Positions 1-12,575 of a stretch of DNA of 34,849 nt are shown in pieces (positions within the stretch are counted from its first letter, which is position 1; the number at the start of each line of letters is the position of its first letter). The DNA is from Neolecta irregularis DAH-3 (Eukaryota): contig LXFE01000603.1 of NCBI GenBank assembly GCA_001929475.1, forward strand, positions 1-34,849. The letters run 5' to 3'. The position numbers and the translations under genes are program-made. Under the pieces are notes generated by a model. The model had not been told where the DNA came from. It was given only the letters and a program-made list of their open reading frames with translations, and did no database searches.

Positions 1-189
1 GCTGGGTGGCGATACCTGCGACTGGCCCGCCTGGGATGATCGGCGACCCTTGCTGCTGCTTGTGCCAGTTCCGGTACTTTGGCGGTGGCGGTGGCAAGCT
101 GGTGGGGGTTGCGACGTTGTGGTAAAGTCGTGTCCCCACATATAGTAACCGTCAATGTGGATGCAGGTCAAACTGGTTCGTATAGGCAT
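1..189 (-). CDS. Possible 5' part of a low-complexity (Pro/Ser/Gln-rich) protein gene running off the window edge
   Basis: The minus strand is open from the ATG at 189 to base 1 (MPIRTSLTCIHIDGYYMWGHDFTTTSQPPP...). The region is GC-rich and other minus frames are also open over much of it, so the frame is uncertain. Confidence 0.2.
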   Translation of the reverse strand, partial: MPIRTSLTCIHIDGYYMWGHDFTTTSQPPPACHRHRQSTGTGTSSSKGRRSSQAGQSQVSPPS

Positions 190-746
190 ACCTCCTTTGC
201 TGTTTTGTGTTTCTCTTCTTTCGTCTACCACTCTTGTTCGGTGGAGATAAAAGCTAGGCAGTTCCTCCCTTCTCTACAGCCTTCACGAATGACATGTTGA
301 AGTCTCACTTCTCTACATTGATCATTCACTAACGGCCTATCCATCTTTAACTCCGGATCAGCCGTCCCGCTGATCCTGCATGCCGTGATATTCCCATTTT
401 CATGAAAGTAGGAGAAAAAAAGTTATTTATGGACTTGTTCACTTGTGCCTTGGTCTGAATTACTCTTCAAAAACCGAACCACAACTAATAGGGTCACGCT
501 TGGTAAATTTAGCATCATCCTCCATAGCTCAACTTCAAAATCTCGTTTCCAGCTTGTTTTTTTCTCGTCTTGCCGTGCAATGTGCAACGTATAAAAGTGA
601 CGTCTATCCTCACACTAAAACAACTGTCTTTACACCTTCAAAGAGCTTCGAATCAATCTTTGTATCTCCAAAAGTCAATTTTACATATTTAGAGGAAACA
701 ATCTTAGTCCAGGAAAGATAATTGTTACCTTGAAAAGCCTCGTGCA

Positions 747-2094
747 ATGGGAAGTGAGGTATGCATTTGCCTCTTATACACTAAGCGCTTATTTTTTAGT
801 TGAAACCTCAAGAAAGACAGACTTTCTTGAACAAGGCATTCAAGTAGCTGCAGTCAGTCAACAATTCGGTTGATACCATCAGGTCTCTATTCGTGTGTTG
901 TACCGGCGGAAAACATGACTCTACGTAACATTCCCAGGTCCATTCTTAGGGTTGATCAAGCAGAGTTCCCTCTCCACTACCACTTTCAGCCCCCAACCCA
1001 AGAAAGAGCAACGCTGCAAAGCCCGAGTCCGTAGACACAGGCCGGACTCCGAAAAGCGTAGAGAGTGTTCATTACCGCAAAAACCACCTACTGCCCGCCG
1101 GAATTGTCATCAGTCAATTTGATAAGAATTCTAATAAGCTCATACCACTACCTCCATATCTCAAGAAGGCAATTAACGAACTTCTTTCAGATCTGGTACG
1201 TACCAACGTTCTATTGGTCTAGACTTCTCAGGGACAAGTAGGATATCCAAAAGGAGATCTGAATATCGCTCAACGGATTCTTGAAAACGCTTCAAGCTGC
1301 AAGAGAAATGGATGCTCAGAAGCTGAATGGGTTTCCGAAGTATATGATCAAATTTGCCTTGCTTGTGAGGACAAAATATCTTCCCCTTACATTAAGCAAA
1401 CGCACAATAAAGGTTGATTTCCCAAGCTGATTGCTAGTATCAGTTGTCTATGGAGTTCGGACTACCTCACAGGCTCGATCTGCCGTCCAGCACCAGACCG
1501 GAGCTTTGCTTTGCGTGTACGTGAAGAACACGACACTGTGGTCGAGCACGGTGTTTTCAGGATCAAGAATCTGCAAAGACTATCAGGCGAGAAGTGGCTT
1601 TACGGTTGTCCTGAACGAAACCGCACATTACATATATTTCCATTTTTTGTCATAGAAGCCAAGAAAAGCAGTTCAAGGAGAATGAAGGAGTCCGGATTGG
1701 ACTATCTCGAATTTGTTGCTGCGAATCAATTGGCGGGATCATTATCTGTGATGCTGAAGATGCTCGAAGGAAATGGGATGGGAAAAACGCCACTTTACGG
1801 TTTATCTGCTGTTGGTGACAGTTTCAAGCTCTTCGTTGTGTTTAGACAGTCAAATAATGGCCTCATGAACAAGGATCAGGTATTTTGACTTGTTGCTCTA
1901 ACTAAACTTGTAAGATTGTGTTAAGGGAAGTTTGGGACTTGGAATTTGGGGGGAACCAAAAGAACGTGCTGATCCTTATAACACTCATTCGAAGGATCAT
2001 TGCATATGGAGCTGGACCATACCGAAAACGGACTGACCAGTATATACGGCGACAGCTCAGCAGGCGAAATAATTACATCAGTTCACTTGGTTAA
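747..2094 (+). CDS. Multi-exon hypothetical protein with a PD-(D/E)XK nuclease-like motif set
   Basis: Manual splicing: ATG 747; introns about 759-799, 844-882, 925-963, 1196-1230, 1396-1437 (GC-AG) and 1880-1914; TAA 2092-2094. Spliced frame contains ...SEAEWVSEVY...RPAPDRSFAL...FPFFVIEAKK...AANQLAGSLSVML. The 5' exons are less certain. Confidence 0.6.
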
Positions 2095-3132
2095 TGTCTC
2101 TTCCTCGTCATCTTTTATCGTTCCTATTTACCGCATTCGGATAATCAGAGGCGGATATTCGTTGCAACAATAGTCTCATTTGTATAATTAATTCATGCGG
2201 TCTAGCTTCGTTTTGTAACTTCATGTCAACTTGAAGTTCTGCTGTGCTTTACTATCCTGGACACATCTCAGCATAATGTTTTGGCTTCTTGATACTTTGA
2301 CATTATCAAGTCTCCAAATTATATGATGCTATTGTCCCGTTCTTCATTGTTCAAGACCACCAGGAACTGGATAACGATATAACCTTGATATATCTATCCA
2401 TTTTTCAAGCGAATCAATGGATCAAAATCAATAATTCATTGAAATATAAAAGGACTGATTTTTGTTTTTGAAAATATCAGACTTAATACTGTTACTTTCG
2501 AAATTCATATCCTATACTACGCCAAGGAATTTTATAAATAGAACAAGGAGTCTCGTACCCGAAAACACAAAGGAAATATCTAAGGAAGGAAGGAAAAGGG
2601 TGCTAGTAACGCGTTAGCTCATTCAAGAAATTCTGACCCTGCTTGCTTCCAAAATCATTTGGCCCCAAGTCTGTCAACTTAAGACCGGGAATAGATTTTA
2701 CGTTACGGCGCTCAAGCGAACTGGTCGCTGAAGGTTACGTCTAAAACAATCAGGATACATGGGATTTCGCCAGCGCGACCCGCAAGGAACTCCACTTGTT
2801 TCCTGAACCATTATCGAACTAGCTTCAAAAAGAAGGTTAAGTTTTGAACCCTATAGTTTTGTCCATTATATGCTGTGACTGACCCTTGATCAATGGCTCA
2901 GGTTTGTATCGCAACTTTTGATCTGCCCCTGTTTTTTCCATTTAACTGACAGGCATCACCATAAATTGAGTCGCAATACTGCTCTATACGAGTGCAATCA
3001 TAATCGTCGTTCTCCGATCGTGAGCCCGGCTAAACCCCATTAAAGAAACCGTGGGATAGCTTCATGTGAGAAGTCACCAACCTCTCAATTGATCCTCACC
3101 AACCAAGCGCGCTGAACACATTATCTCCAGAA

Positions 3133-4272
3133 ATGCGCCAGCCTGGCCCTCGTCGTATAGCTATCGCGCTAGTCGTCTGTCTTGTAATGATCTACTTCTT
3201 TTATCCGAACTCCGATTTAGACTTTCCTTCAAACCCGACATCAGTTAGACCTGCAGTGAGAGAACCTCCCATACAGAAATCTCCACGAAAGCGTCCGAAA
3301 ACACAGCCAATCCTCAAACACTACCAGACTCTGCGTGAGAATTTAGAGTATCAATTCCCTTACGATATTTCGGGGATGTTTCCTACATATATATGGCAGA
3401 CATGGAAATTCAGTCCGAATCAAGATGAGTTCGACGAGAGATTGAGAGAACCGGAGGCGAGCTGGACAGGCATGCATCCTGGCTTTATCCATGAAGTATG
3501 TGTTTCTCCTATTTATGCCTTAATCCTCAGGTCATTGACGATAAAATGGCCGCTGCTCTAACACGACATCTCTTTTCTTCGACGCCTGAAGTTATAGAAG
3601 CATACAATGCTCTTCCTCTTCCCATTTTGAAGGCCGATTTCTTTCGGTATCTTATTCTTCTCGCTCGGGGAGGTATCTACAGTGACATCGATACCGCGGC
3701 CCTTAAACCTGCAAAAGAATGGATTCCGTCTACAGTTTCTCCAGACACTGTCGGAATGGTGATTGGTATCGAGTCTGATCCCGATTTGGATGATTGGGAA
3801 AAGTATTATGTTCGAAGAATTCAGTTTTGTCAGTGGACGATACGAGCCAAGCCAGGTCACCCGATTCTTCGAGAAGTCGTTGCAAGAATCTCAGAGGAAG
3901 TGTTATCAAGGAAAAGTCTCGGCACATTGCTGGATGTAAACGACGTTCTTGAATTGACTGGACCAGGTGTCTGGACTGATTCAGTTTATTGGTGGCTAAA
4001 TCAGATTTCAAATGGACAAAAGGTTTCATGGGAAAATTTCACTGCCATGAGGGATCGGAAGCATATTGGAGACATTCTAGTTCTTCCAATAACTGGTCTT
4101 TCTTTCTTGACCATATGAATACTAATTCGATTAGGATTTTCGCCTGGAGTACGTACAATGGGCGCAGAAGATGATGATCATCCTATGGCAATGGTCAAAC
4201 ATTATTTTGAAGGTGACTTCAACTATTCATGGTCTTTCTGATGCCTTTCTAGGATCTTGGAGAGAGGAATAA
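3133..4272 (+). CDS. OCH1: Initiation-specific alpha-1,6-mannosyltransferase (GT32), Golgi type II membrane protein
   Basis: N-terminal TM anchor; FPTYIWQTWK; ILKADFFRYLILLARGGIYSDID (DXD motif); RRIQFCQWTI; TGPGVWTD; LPITGFSPG; KHYFEGSWR. Introns 3496-3530, 4096-4134, 4213-4252; TAA 4270-4272. Confidence 0.93.
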
Positions 4273-4915
4273 TAATTAATGGATAATTTACAGCATTCTT
4301 TGGCCGGTGTACTGGAGATCTAGCATTCCCAATTTATATGAGGGTTTCCTGACATTATCACTTTCTCCCTGACCCTTCTTAAATATTTTTGCTTAACTGC
4401 TTATCTGCTGTAACGCATGAACTCGACTCGATTTAACGAATCTTCGCAATTACAACACTATTTAGAGATTCCTCTTGGACTGTTCCTAATTTATGAACTC
4501 CACATGTATGCAGGCATGAGATTGTAATTCAGCTCCGAATTTTGGGAAGTTTCTGGCTTAGATGGCTTCTTTGAAGGTACCATGACAATACCGAGAGAAT
4601 ATTTAGTCATAACTTTCAGGGGTTCAACCGAATGGGATACGAATGCCAAATTGCTTTACCAATATCTAGGAAATGTTATTTTAAACATCAATCAAAAGAT
4701 TTAATCGTCTCAGAAAGAAAGATTTGTACCCGATATTTTCTCAAAAGATTATCAACTATGTACACTGGTTATCTATAAGTACACAGAACAATAATAGAAC
4801 TTGGACAGAAAGAAATAAAGTATTCCATAATCCCAATCTGAAGCCCACCAGAGAAAAGAGATTCCCACAGAATACGCCGACCCCGAAAAAAAACAATGCT
4901 GATAACCGCCAAAGT

Positions 4916-7900
4916 TCACCTCAAACTCAACAAACTCAACAATACGATTGCTTGACGATCGCTGCGTTCGGGATGGACCATCGCTAAGACGACGCCTTCG
5001 CCAGTGGCGTCAGATGAGCTAAGTAAACGAATATCTCGACCAGGGATGATTTGGACAAGGACACCGTTGTCAGCATCGTGAACTTCGACAAAATCGGAGT
5101 TCACACCAACGACGTAACCGTAATAATGTGCAACATGACGAGGTCGACCATACCATTCAAGAGTTCGCTGCCTTGATACATCACCATGTTTGTCAACATA
5201 CAAACCACATTCTATAGGTCAGTACGCGCATCTCGACACAAAAGGAAACCATCATAACAAAGCAGAAACTCATTTTCATTTAGCCTGAACATACCTAATG
5301 GCCGAGTGCTATCAAGCCTACTCTTCAGAGCATTCAAATTGGATTCCCGAAGATTAGGAATCGTTTCTGGCTGTTTCGTATCAAGAGTCAAGACCTCGAA
5401 CCCTAGAATTAGGTTCATCTTGTTATAAACATAACGTACCTCTAGTGCATTTAATACACATACTAGCCTTGAAAAAGTGTACGCCATAACAATCCGTCGG
5501 AATGAAAAATTCATCAAATTCGCGAAAGAATTCGGTAGTAGCAGAGGCACTCCACGCACTTCTCCTCAATGAAAATTTATTTTTTTTGGATGAAGTTTTC
5601 CCGACAACAGGTTCGAGGGCCTTGAATACAGAGTTCATTCCCTGTTTCTTTTTGTAGATAACAAGTAATCGATCTTTCTGTCGTCCAACAGAGAAAAACC
5701 CAACGTCGGCTTTTCCTGAGAGTTTATGAGCGGGCTTCGTAGCAGGGCCAGGAGAGAGAATATCCATGGTATACGCAGTGAGTATCTGGTCGGCGAGAAC
5801 AACAATAACCCCGAATTCCTCAAGGACTTCGATTTGTTGGATTTTGTGGAGTGTCAAGATACTTCTCCACCCTCGGATATCTCCAACTTTTGCGACCCAT
5901 AAACCTTGTTCTGTGCCGATTAGAATCATTTTGCTTCCATCGTCATGAGTGAATTCGGTCGCACAAGTGACTCGTGCGAATGTTGGAGCACGTCCACCTT
6001 CAGGGTACTCTTCTTTTAATTCCCTAAATGCTGAATCAAGAGGAGATCCTGGAACGAGAAACCCGTCCTCCATTGCCCCATTAGAATTCATCTCAACACC
6101 GGTGGACCCATCCACATTTCCAAAACAAGCGTCTGAAAGAACGCGAATGTAGAATGGCTCAACGTTTAATTGAGCCAGCTGGTCCACACGACGGCTTTTA
6201 GCGAATAGAATCCGCTCAATCCATTGCTGACGAATATTTCGATCAGCGGCAAATAACGTCCATTCTCCTCCGGACTTTCCAAGATGTTTGATTGTAAAAG
6301 GGAATATCGCGGATTTATCATTTGGAGAAGGAGAAGAATCACCAAGGTGTAATGAATGTCCAGGTTGAATGGCGCCTGTTTTACGTCCAAAGCTGTGAGA
6401 TCTTTGAGATCGAGTGTTTGATAAATCAGCATAAGACCCGTTAGTGTTCACTGTGGAAGTTAATGTTCCAAGGACTTTTGTGGTGCTTGATTTGACGACG
6501 CATTCTTCAGAGCCAGGAGCAATTACGAGGAGGTCAAGTGGAATAGGCTTTCATCATCAGTGAGTCAGCAGAAAGAATGATACCTGTTTTGAAACATAGT
6601 AACGATTTCCACCCAAATCTTTATCTTTCTTGACTTTGGTCATCAGAAGAAAATTATCCAAAAGAACAAGATGAATGTCAAGCCATTCAAGACCAGTTTC
6701 GCTCTTCCTCTGAACGTCTCCTCTCATCAAAATCTCACGCCCTGGATCCTTCAACTCTAGATTCTATATAATTAGTCGTATTTACCAAAACGAAAGAACC
6801 GTTTCATTATTACTCCTGAAAACAATGCGATCGTCCAACTCACGTAACGATAATTTCTTTTCGGTGATCGCAACTTGAATATCGCTTTCTCGACAAACAG
6901 CCTTAATCTCCTCGTTCGCAAGCTCCAAAATCTCCTTGTCAGGATTGGCAAGGTTCGTTTTTTTTAAAACCGTCTCGAGAAGAAGTGTATAACGTTGAAG
7001 ACGTTGTGTAGGTCGCTGTAAAAAACTCCGAAATTCAAGTCTTCGTGAACGGACATCAGCCTGGCATTTCTATTTTTCAGAAAAATAAAAGGTAGGAAAG
7101 CATACATCCAACCATAACCGAAAACTGGGATTTTTTGCCTTCTCTTCACGTACCAGAGCGTCAGCGTTTGGAAAATTGGCATTGTAACTGATATAATTTT
7201 TCCTTGCTCTTCGAATCCATTCAAGAAACGAATCCCCAAGTTCAGTTATCAACCATTTCTGTTCACTTTGTCTCTGTCTCAGACTGTTCAGCAGAGCATG
7301 GTTGTATTTCAAAATGGGCTCTAACCGACCAAAAAGCATCTGTCGAAAATAATCCAAGCGTCCACGGTCGAAAATAACATGTTGCGTAAGCGATTCTCGA
7401 TATAAAGAAAGCAAGAGATCCAGATCGTAGACATACTCATCTTCGGTGAATATAATTTCGTGGATAACATTTTGTCGTGTGATTTCTTCCTTGGAAAGGT
7501 CTTCGAGTTGGTCATCTGTAAGTGACCAGTAGGACATCCAGTCCTTCGAGTTAGCAACAGTGGGTTGCATTGTTATTTTGTAGAGGGTCCGGGAGCATCG
7601 GGGGGCGTAGCATCGGGAGCCATTCAACCCGTCTAGACATCTAGGACTGTAGCACCCTCGACCAGAGAGAGTTGGAAGCACACCAGTGACCGGCCAGCCT
7701 GTATACTGGACATGATCTCCGTCTTGTTCAAACGCCCCTTGCGACATTAAATTTGAAAGAACATGCTTAGCTAGATTTTCCGCGATGACAGTTGACAGAG
7801 TTGGAACGTAATGCTGAAATAGCTGTGTAAGACCATGAATCGATTCTTTTCCCATCAAGGGGTTATTAAGCTCTGACACCCAGATCGCCAATGAACTCAA

Positions 7901-8758
7901 GGCCCAAGGTTCCTCGCATCTTTCGAAATCCTTCGCTGACAGCTTATTGTTGAACGTAGGTGGCAATGAAGGAAGTAGTGGGGTAAGTCCAGTAGGTGGG
8001 ATCGGTTCACTTGGAGTCCGCCGATGTTGAGCAATTATATTATGACTTTGTGATCGAACGACAGAACCAACAGCTACTACGCCAAGGTTATTTGACGGAA
8101 CAATGTGCGATTGCGAGCGATTAACTCGGTGTTTATAAATTGAAGGGTCATAACTGGTAGATTTTGGAAGTGGTCTAGAATAGGATGAGCTATATGGAAT
8201 TGGCGGAGGAGGTCGATTAGGTCCTAGTGGCTGTTTTATGTCTAGGCTCTGGACTTCATAGATATTTGGATGAACTTGAGTTTCAGGAATCAATTCTTGT
8301 CCACGATGAAATGAATATTGACTGCTGGTGCTAGATCTTGTGGGTGGTCGATTGTTCGGAACAGGAGGTAGAGGATGACGAAGCTGCGAATGCTGATACA
8401 AGTTCTGTTTAATAACTGGAGACAGGTAATCCTCGTAAACATCGCTAGGACTCACTTCAGCTGACTCAATAGAGTAATGACTCGAATGTCGATGGACAGG
8501 AGCCAAAGGAAGTGGTTTTCTCTGCGGATGAAGTTCTGAAGACGAAGGGTAAATCACGGTTCCCGGCCTGTCACTTCGGACTGCATAATCCTCGAACTCC
8601 TCATATGGCTGATATGACGAGGGAGAATCTGGCCTCTGCAGATGACCCAACGTCTCGCGATAATCCTGTAGCAGGTTACTCAAGCGGTGATCACGCTTCA
8701 GAGGGACAGGAGGTGGCAATTGGCGTGGTGGAGGAGGAATCCTCCAGTGGTCTCCCAT
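4916..8758 (-). CDS. rgf3: Rho1 guanine-nucleotide exchange factor, Rgf3/Tus1 type (Pro-rich N-terminus, DH-PH-CNH)
   Basis: EPWALSSLAIW; Cys motif CYSPRC...CYAPRC; DH start RQNVIHEIIFTEDEYVYDL; RPTQRLQRYTLLLE; PH HLVLLDNFLLMTK|PIPLDLL; CNH RPLGMFRLNENEFLLCYD. Introns 7070-7105, 6764-6799, 6548-6583, 5403-5439, 5212-5249. First in-frame ATG is 8758; the frame is open to about 8932, so an upstream exon is possible. Confidence 0.88.
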
Positions 8759-9156
8759 ATATTCCGCCGTGGTGGATGGTGATGTAGGGTCTGGCAATGA
8801 CGACGTCAATTGAAATGATGGTTTGGTGTAGACATACCTCCGCTGAGTCACGTTCGGCCTAGTCGTCGCTGTTCCCCACAAACAAAACTTTGTCCGCAGG
8901 GATGCCCAATCTTGGCGTACTGCTTTCGCCAATCTGCACCAATTATATGAACTGGTTTGTCTAGTATCTCCTCATGCTTTGTCGTACGAGAATTCTCCTG
9001 CGAGTCTTCGCAGGGATACTTCTATCTTGCTGATCAGTGAATAAACAATGATGCTTATTTGCTTTGCTTCATACCTTGCGCAAGTTATCCAGGGCTACTG
9101 GAATTATACTCCCCACCAGATGGGGCAGAATAAGATTATATATCAGCTAATTTATC

Positions 9157-9768
9157 CTACTGCATGCTTATCTTCAACTCTGGTTTCCCAGTCCAGGTCT
9201 TATCAATCTCAAATTTTGCCTCTTCATCCCATTCACTATTGAAATGAACCAATCTGCTTTCACAATTCAAAATCGGTTCATTGGGTAGTTGCAAAATACT
9301 TCTCATAAAGTCTGCGTGCCCGACTACAACGATGACATTTTCTTTTCGTTCGCGAAGCCATTGACGGACTTGTTTGGTTCGCTCATCGAGCATCGATGGG
9401 TCGTAGATATCGATCTTTGCGGGATACGGAGGAACACATAGATCTAATTTGAACGAGTAGGCCTCATATAGCTTTCGAAGAGTACGAGTTGGCTGACCAC
9501 AATCACATGGAAATGAATTCGATTCTTGACACTTAGGGTGCACAATTACCGGACTCTGATCGTAATTCAATCCGAGGATCACTGTTTGCATTGTTCTAAG
9601 TAGGGGAGAAGAAACGATCAACTCTATTGGGATGTGATCGAACATTTCATGAAGGGCTCGCGCTTGACTTTCACCCAAAGGAGTGAGAGGTGGATCTGGG
9701 ATATAGTAACGTTCTCCAAGGTTGTGTTCTGCTTGGCCGTGGCGAATGATATAGATTATAGGCGACAT
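9157..9768 (-). CDS. Histidine phosphatase superfamily (phosphoglycerate mutase-like) protein
   Basis: IIRHGQAEHN catalytic motif, DPPLTPLG, VSSPLLRTMQT, QE...PCDCG, VVVGHADF; apparently a single exon of 203 aa. Confidence 0.88.
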   Translation of the reverse strand: MSPIIYIIRHGQAEHNLGERYYIPDPPLTPLGESQARALHEMFDHIPIELIVSSPLLRTMQTVILGLNYDQSPVIVHPKCQESNSFPCDCGQPTRTLRKLYEAYSFKLDLCVPPYPAKIDIYDPSMLDERTKQVRQWLRERKENVIVVVGHADFMRSILQLPNEPILNCESRLVHFNSEWDEEAKFEIDKTWTGKPELKISMQ

Positions 9769-9993
9769 CTGGTTTGAGGTTGCGTGGTATAAGCCTGTAA
9801 TGACTTAGTGGATAATTTTATCCAGTTCTTAACAACGCTGGGGTAATCGCTTACTTTTCAAGCAAATAAATGCTTGAATAATGAATTTGCAGTGGGCTTT
9901 GCTTCTTGAATATTAGGACTAGCAGCTATACAATTTGAGCTTATTTCTTAGATTTTGAATTTTCAGTAACGTGTTGTGCTCTTGTGTACAAGT

Positions 9994-10067
9994 AAGACTA
10001 GGTTATATTCCTTAATCTAAGCTTGTAGACTTTATGAGCTTAGGTTAAGGTATGCCGGCTAAGTCTT
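9994..10067. repeat. Imperfect inverted repeat between two divergent genes
   Basis: CCTTAATCTAAGCT (10010-10023) pairs with AGCTTAGGTTAAGG (10037-10050) at 13/14; outer AAGACT (9994-9999) pairs with AGTCTT (10062-10067). Confidence 0.5.
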
Positions 10068-10470
10068 CATATACTCTAAGTACAATTGCCGTTATTTCTT
10101 TTCCACCACTTGCTCCATTTGTAAGATATATCCGGTAATACCCCAGATATATCCTTACAGTCAGCATCGGTTTCAAAATATTTCTCTCCAGTGACCGAAT
10201 TTTGAGGTTCTCAATGCGTATGCTCTTGTTTAGAGTCTCGGCAATGTCAGAAACTATTATAATAGACTTTTATTCAATCAGAATAACTTAATAAGTCAAC
10301 CCAGCTGACCAAACTTTGATTTTCACTTAGTCAGGACTTACCGATACTACAAGTTTCTGAGTTATTTGTATAAAAATCAATATTTTATGTATATTTATCA
10401 ACTGAAGTGGTCACGGATTCAATTCATTACTCCGTCCATACCTCGACATTTATTACCCTCATCCTGAATT

Positions 10471-11152
10471 ATGAGCACAACTCCGGCCTGTCCCGTATAC
10501 GCTCCCTTCTTTGGGTTTGCAGGCATAGCAGGAGCCGTATATCCCTTTCTTCTAGCCATTCCTGAGATTTTAGATGGTTTTATCTTGTAGGTCTTTCTAG
10601 GAATGATACATCCTTTCTGAACAAGATAGCCTTTGGTGCAGCTTACGGAACTGCAAAGGCAGGAATTGGAATCAGTGGAGTCGGGCAATTTAATCCAAGT
10701 TTAATCATGAAAGTATTTTGCCATTTTCTCATTTAGTTTAATCAGTAGTCTTTGATCCCAGTGGTGATGTCTGGTATTATCGCAGTATATCCCCGCTCCC
10801 TCAAAAACTAAAAGATCTAAAGGTCTACGGCCTTGTTATATCAGTGTTAATCGTTGGGGATATGTCACCACATGCAAATTACTCGCTTTTTAACGGCTTC
10901 ATCCATCTGGCAGCTGGTTTATGTGTTGGATTCTCAGGGTTAAGTGCCGGCTATGCGATCGGAATTGTCGGTGATATGGGAGTGAGGAGCTACCTTAAAG
11001 AACGGAGGCTATTTGTTTCTATGGTTTGTCTTTCCATTCGATCAATGGTTGCTCAAGAAAAGGTTCTTATATTGATTTTCGCGGAAGTACTTGGGCTTTA
11101 CGGTCTTATCGTTGGATTGATCCTGAACACAAAGACGACAAAGATCTGTTAG
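10471..11152 (+). CDS. VMA11: V-ATPase V0 proteolipid subunit c'
   Basis: [79 protein letters not shown] with the essential Glu. Introns 10537-10573, 10587-10629, 10713-10748, 10785-10822, 11024-11062; 13-nt micro-exon 10574-10586. Confidence 0.9.
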
Positions 11153-12575
11153 AGTGTCATTTGATGGAGCTGTACAGACCAGGAAGAGCATCGATTTGGA
11201 TAAGCGTTTGCATAATAATATCTTGCTTCTCTTTATTGACGTCTCGCATTCTTCCTAGGCAGGATATGAACGAGGTTCAAAATTTATTTTTTTGCGAAGA
11301 GTTTGCAAACCGGCAACAGGCAAGACATAGACTTTGTGATACATGACTCGTCTCTGCAATTCCAAAACTCTCTAACCTTGATGAGCTGGTCATTTTCTGA
11401 TTCTTTCTCAACGTAGATGTCCCTTTTTGGAGAGCCTCATATCTTAGGCTAGAGATACATCCTAGTCTTATTCGTATTGAGGTCTGATACATCATCCCTT
11501 TTGCACCTATTTGTAGCATATACCCCTTGGGATTATGGTAGGAAGGCTGGCCATAATATTATGGCCATTAAATTGGGAATATGTAAGTAGATTCGAGGAA
11601 TACCTCGCCGAAATTCAAGTGTTCATTTTAGCTAGTTCCCAATGTAACTCAGTCTTGTTCGTACTTGAGCTCAGATGCTTATACTATTTATATTTTCTTA
11701 CTTATGTTAAAAATAGATACAACGGTTAATAGCTGTTAAAGTTTGCTATTTGTTGGCTTGAAAGTCCCAGAAGCAACATGTCCATCTAAGCTCCTTCAGT
11801 TTACTGAACCAAGCTTACAGCAAATGATTCCGTCATGGTATAGATAAGCTTTAGTACTTAATTTCTGGGGGCTGAAAATAGATTGAAATTTTCAAGTAGG
11901 GTAATATCTCGATGTTCACTCAGGGCAGCGATAATTCTTGATTCTTAAAATTTAAATCTAACCCAATGTGGAGATGTCACTCTCAAAACATTTCTTATGG
12001 GCAATGAGATAATTTGGCAACTCAAGTTGGCAGGTGGGATTTCTATGCAAGCAACGAAACTCCATTGATATTATTCCACCACTGTTTGTCACGATGACAT
12101 AATACAACAATGAAGACTTGTGTAAATATCTTGATAATCAATGGTGGTTAGTCAGTAGAAAGAGCACTGGGCATTCTGTATGAGAAATTACGAGTTTGCT
12201 GTTCTTGCCTAGTCAAATTAAAGACTCACTAGAAGGAGATCAATTTCCGTGTCACACTCTTCTATTCCCAACGTTAATTAGCGACAAGTTTCTCTTTGGA
12301 AATTTGAAATAGTCAAAAGGGTTGCTAAACGGGGTAGTGCTCCGCCAACACCAGCCGAAACCGTTCTAGTCAAGTTACTTGAACTCTTTTCGATCAAGGT
12401 ATCAACACCCAGTTATCAGTCACAAAAGACGTTTCGGGATCTCAGTATCAGTAAATGTATAAAGCATCACCTATCGCTAACAGATACGCCCGACATCCTC
12501 TCATTCATGATCTCCTGCAAGAACAAATCAAACACTAAGTAAACAACCAAAACAGGTTACACCTACAACAGAAGT

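Noticed and set aside
1106-1138. Possible extra 33-nt intron (GTCATC...AATAAG) in the nuclease-like gene
   Set aside because: In frame, stop-free and shorter than every homology-supported intron; cannot be distinguished from coding sequence, so not counted.
2100-3100. Possible small gene between the nuclease-like gene and OCH1
   Set aside because: Only short open stretches on both strands; I could not build a consistent spliced model.
11153-12575. Short ORFs between VMA11 and RSR1
   Set aside because: AT-rich region between convergent genes with no recognisable protein or RNA signature.
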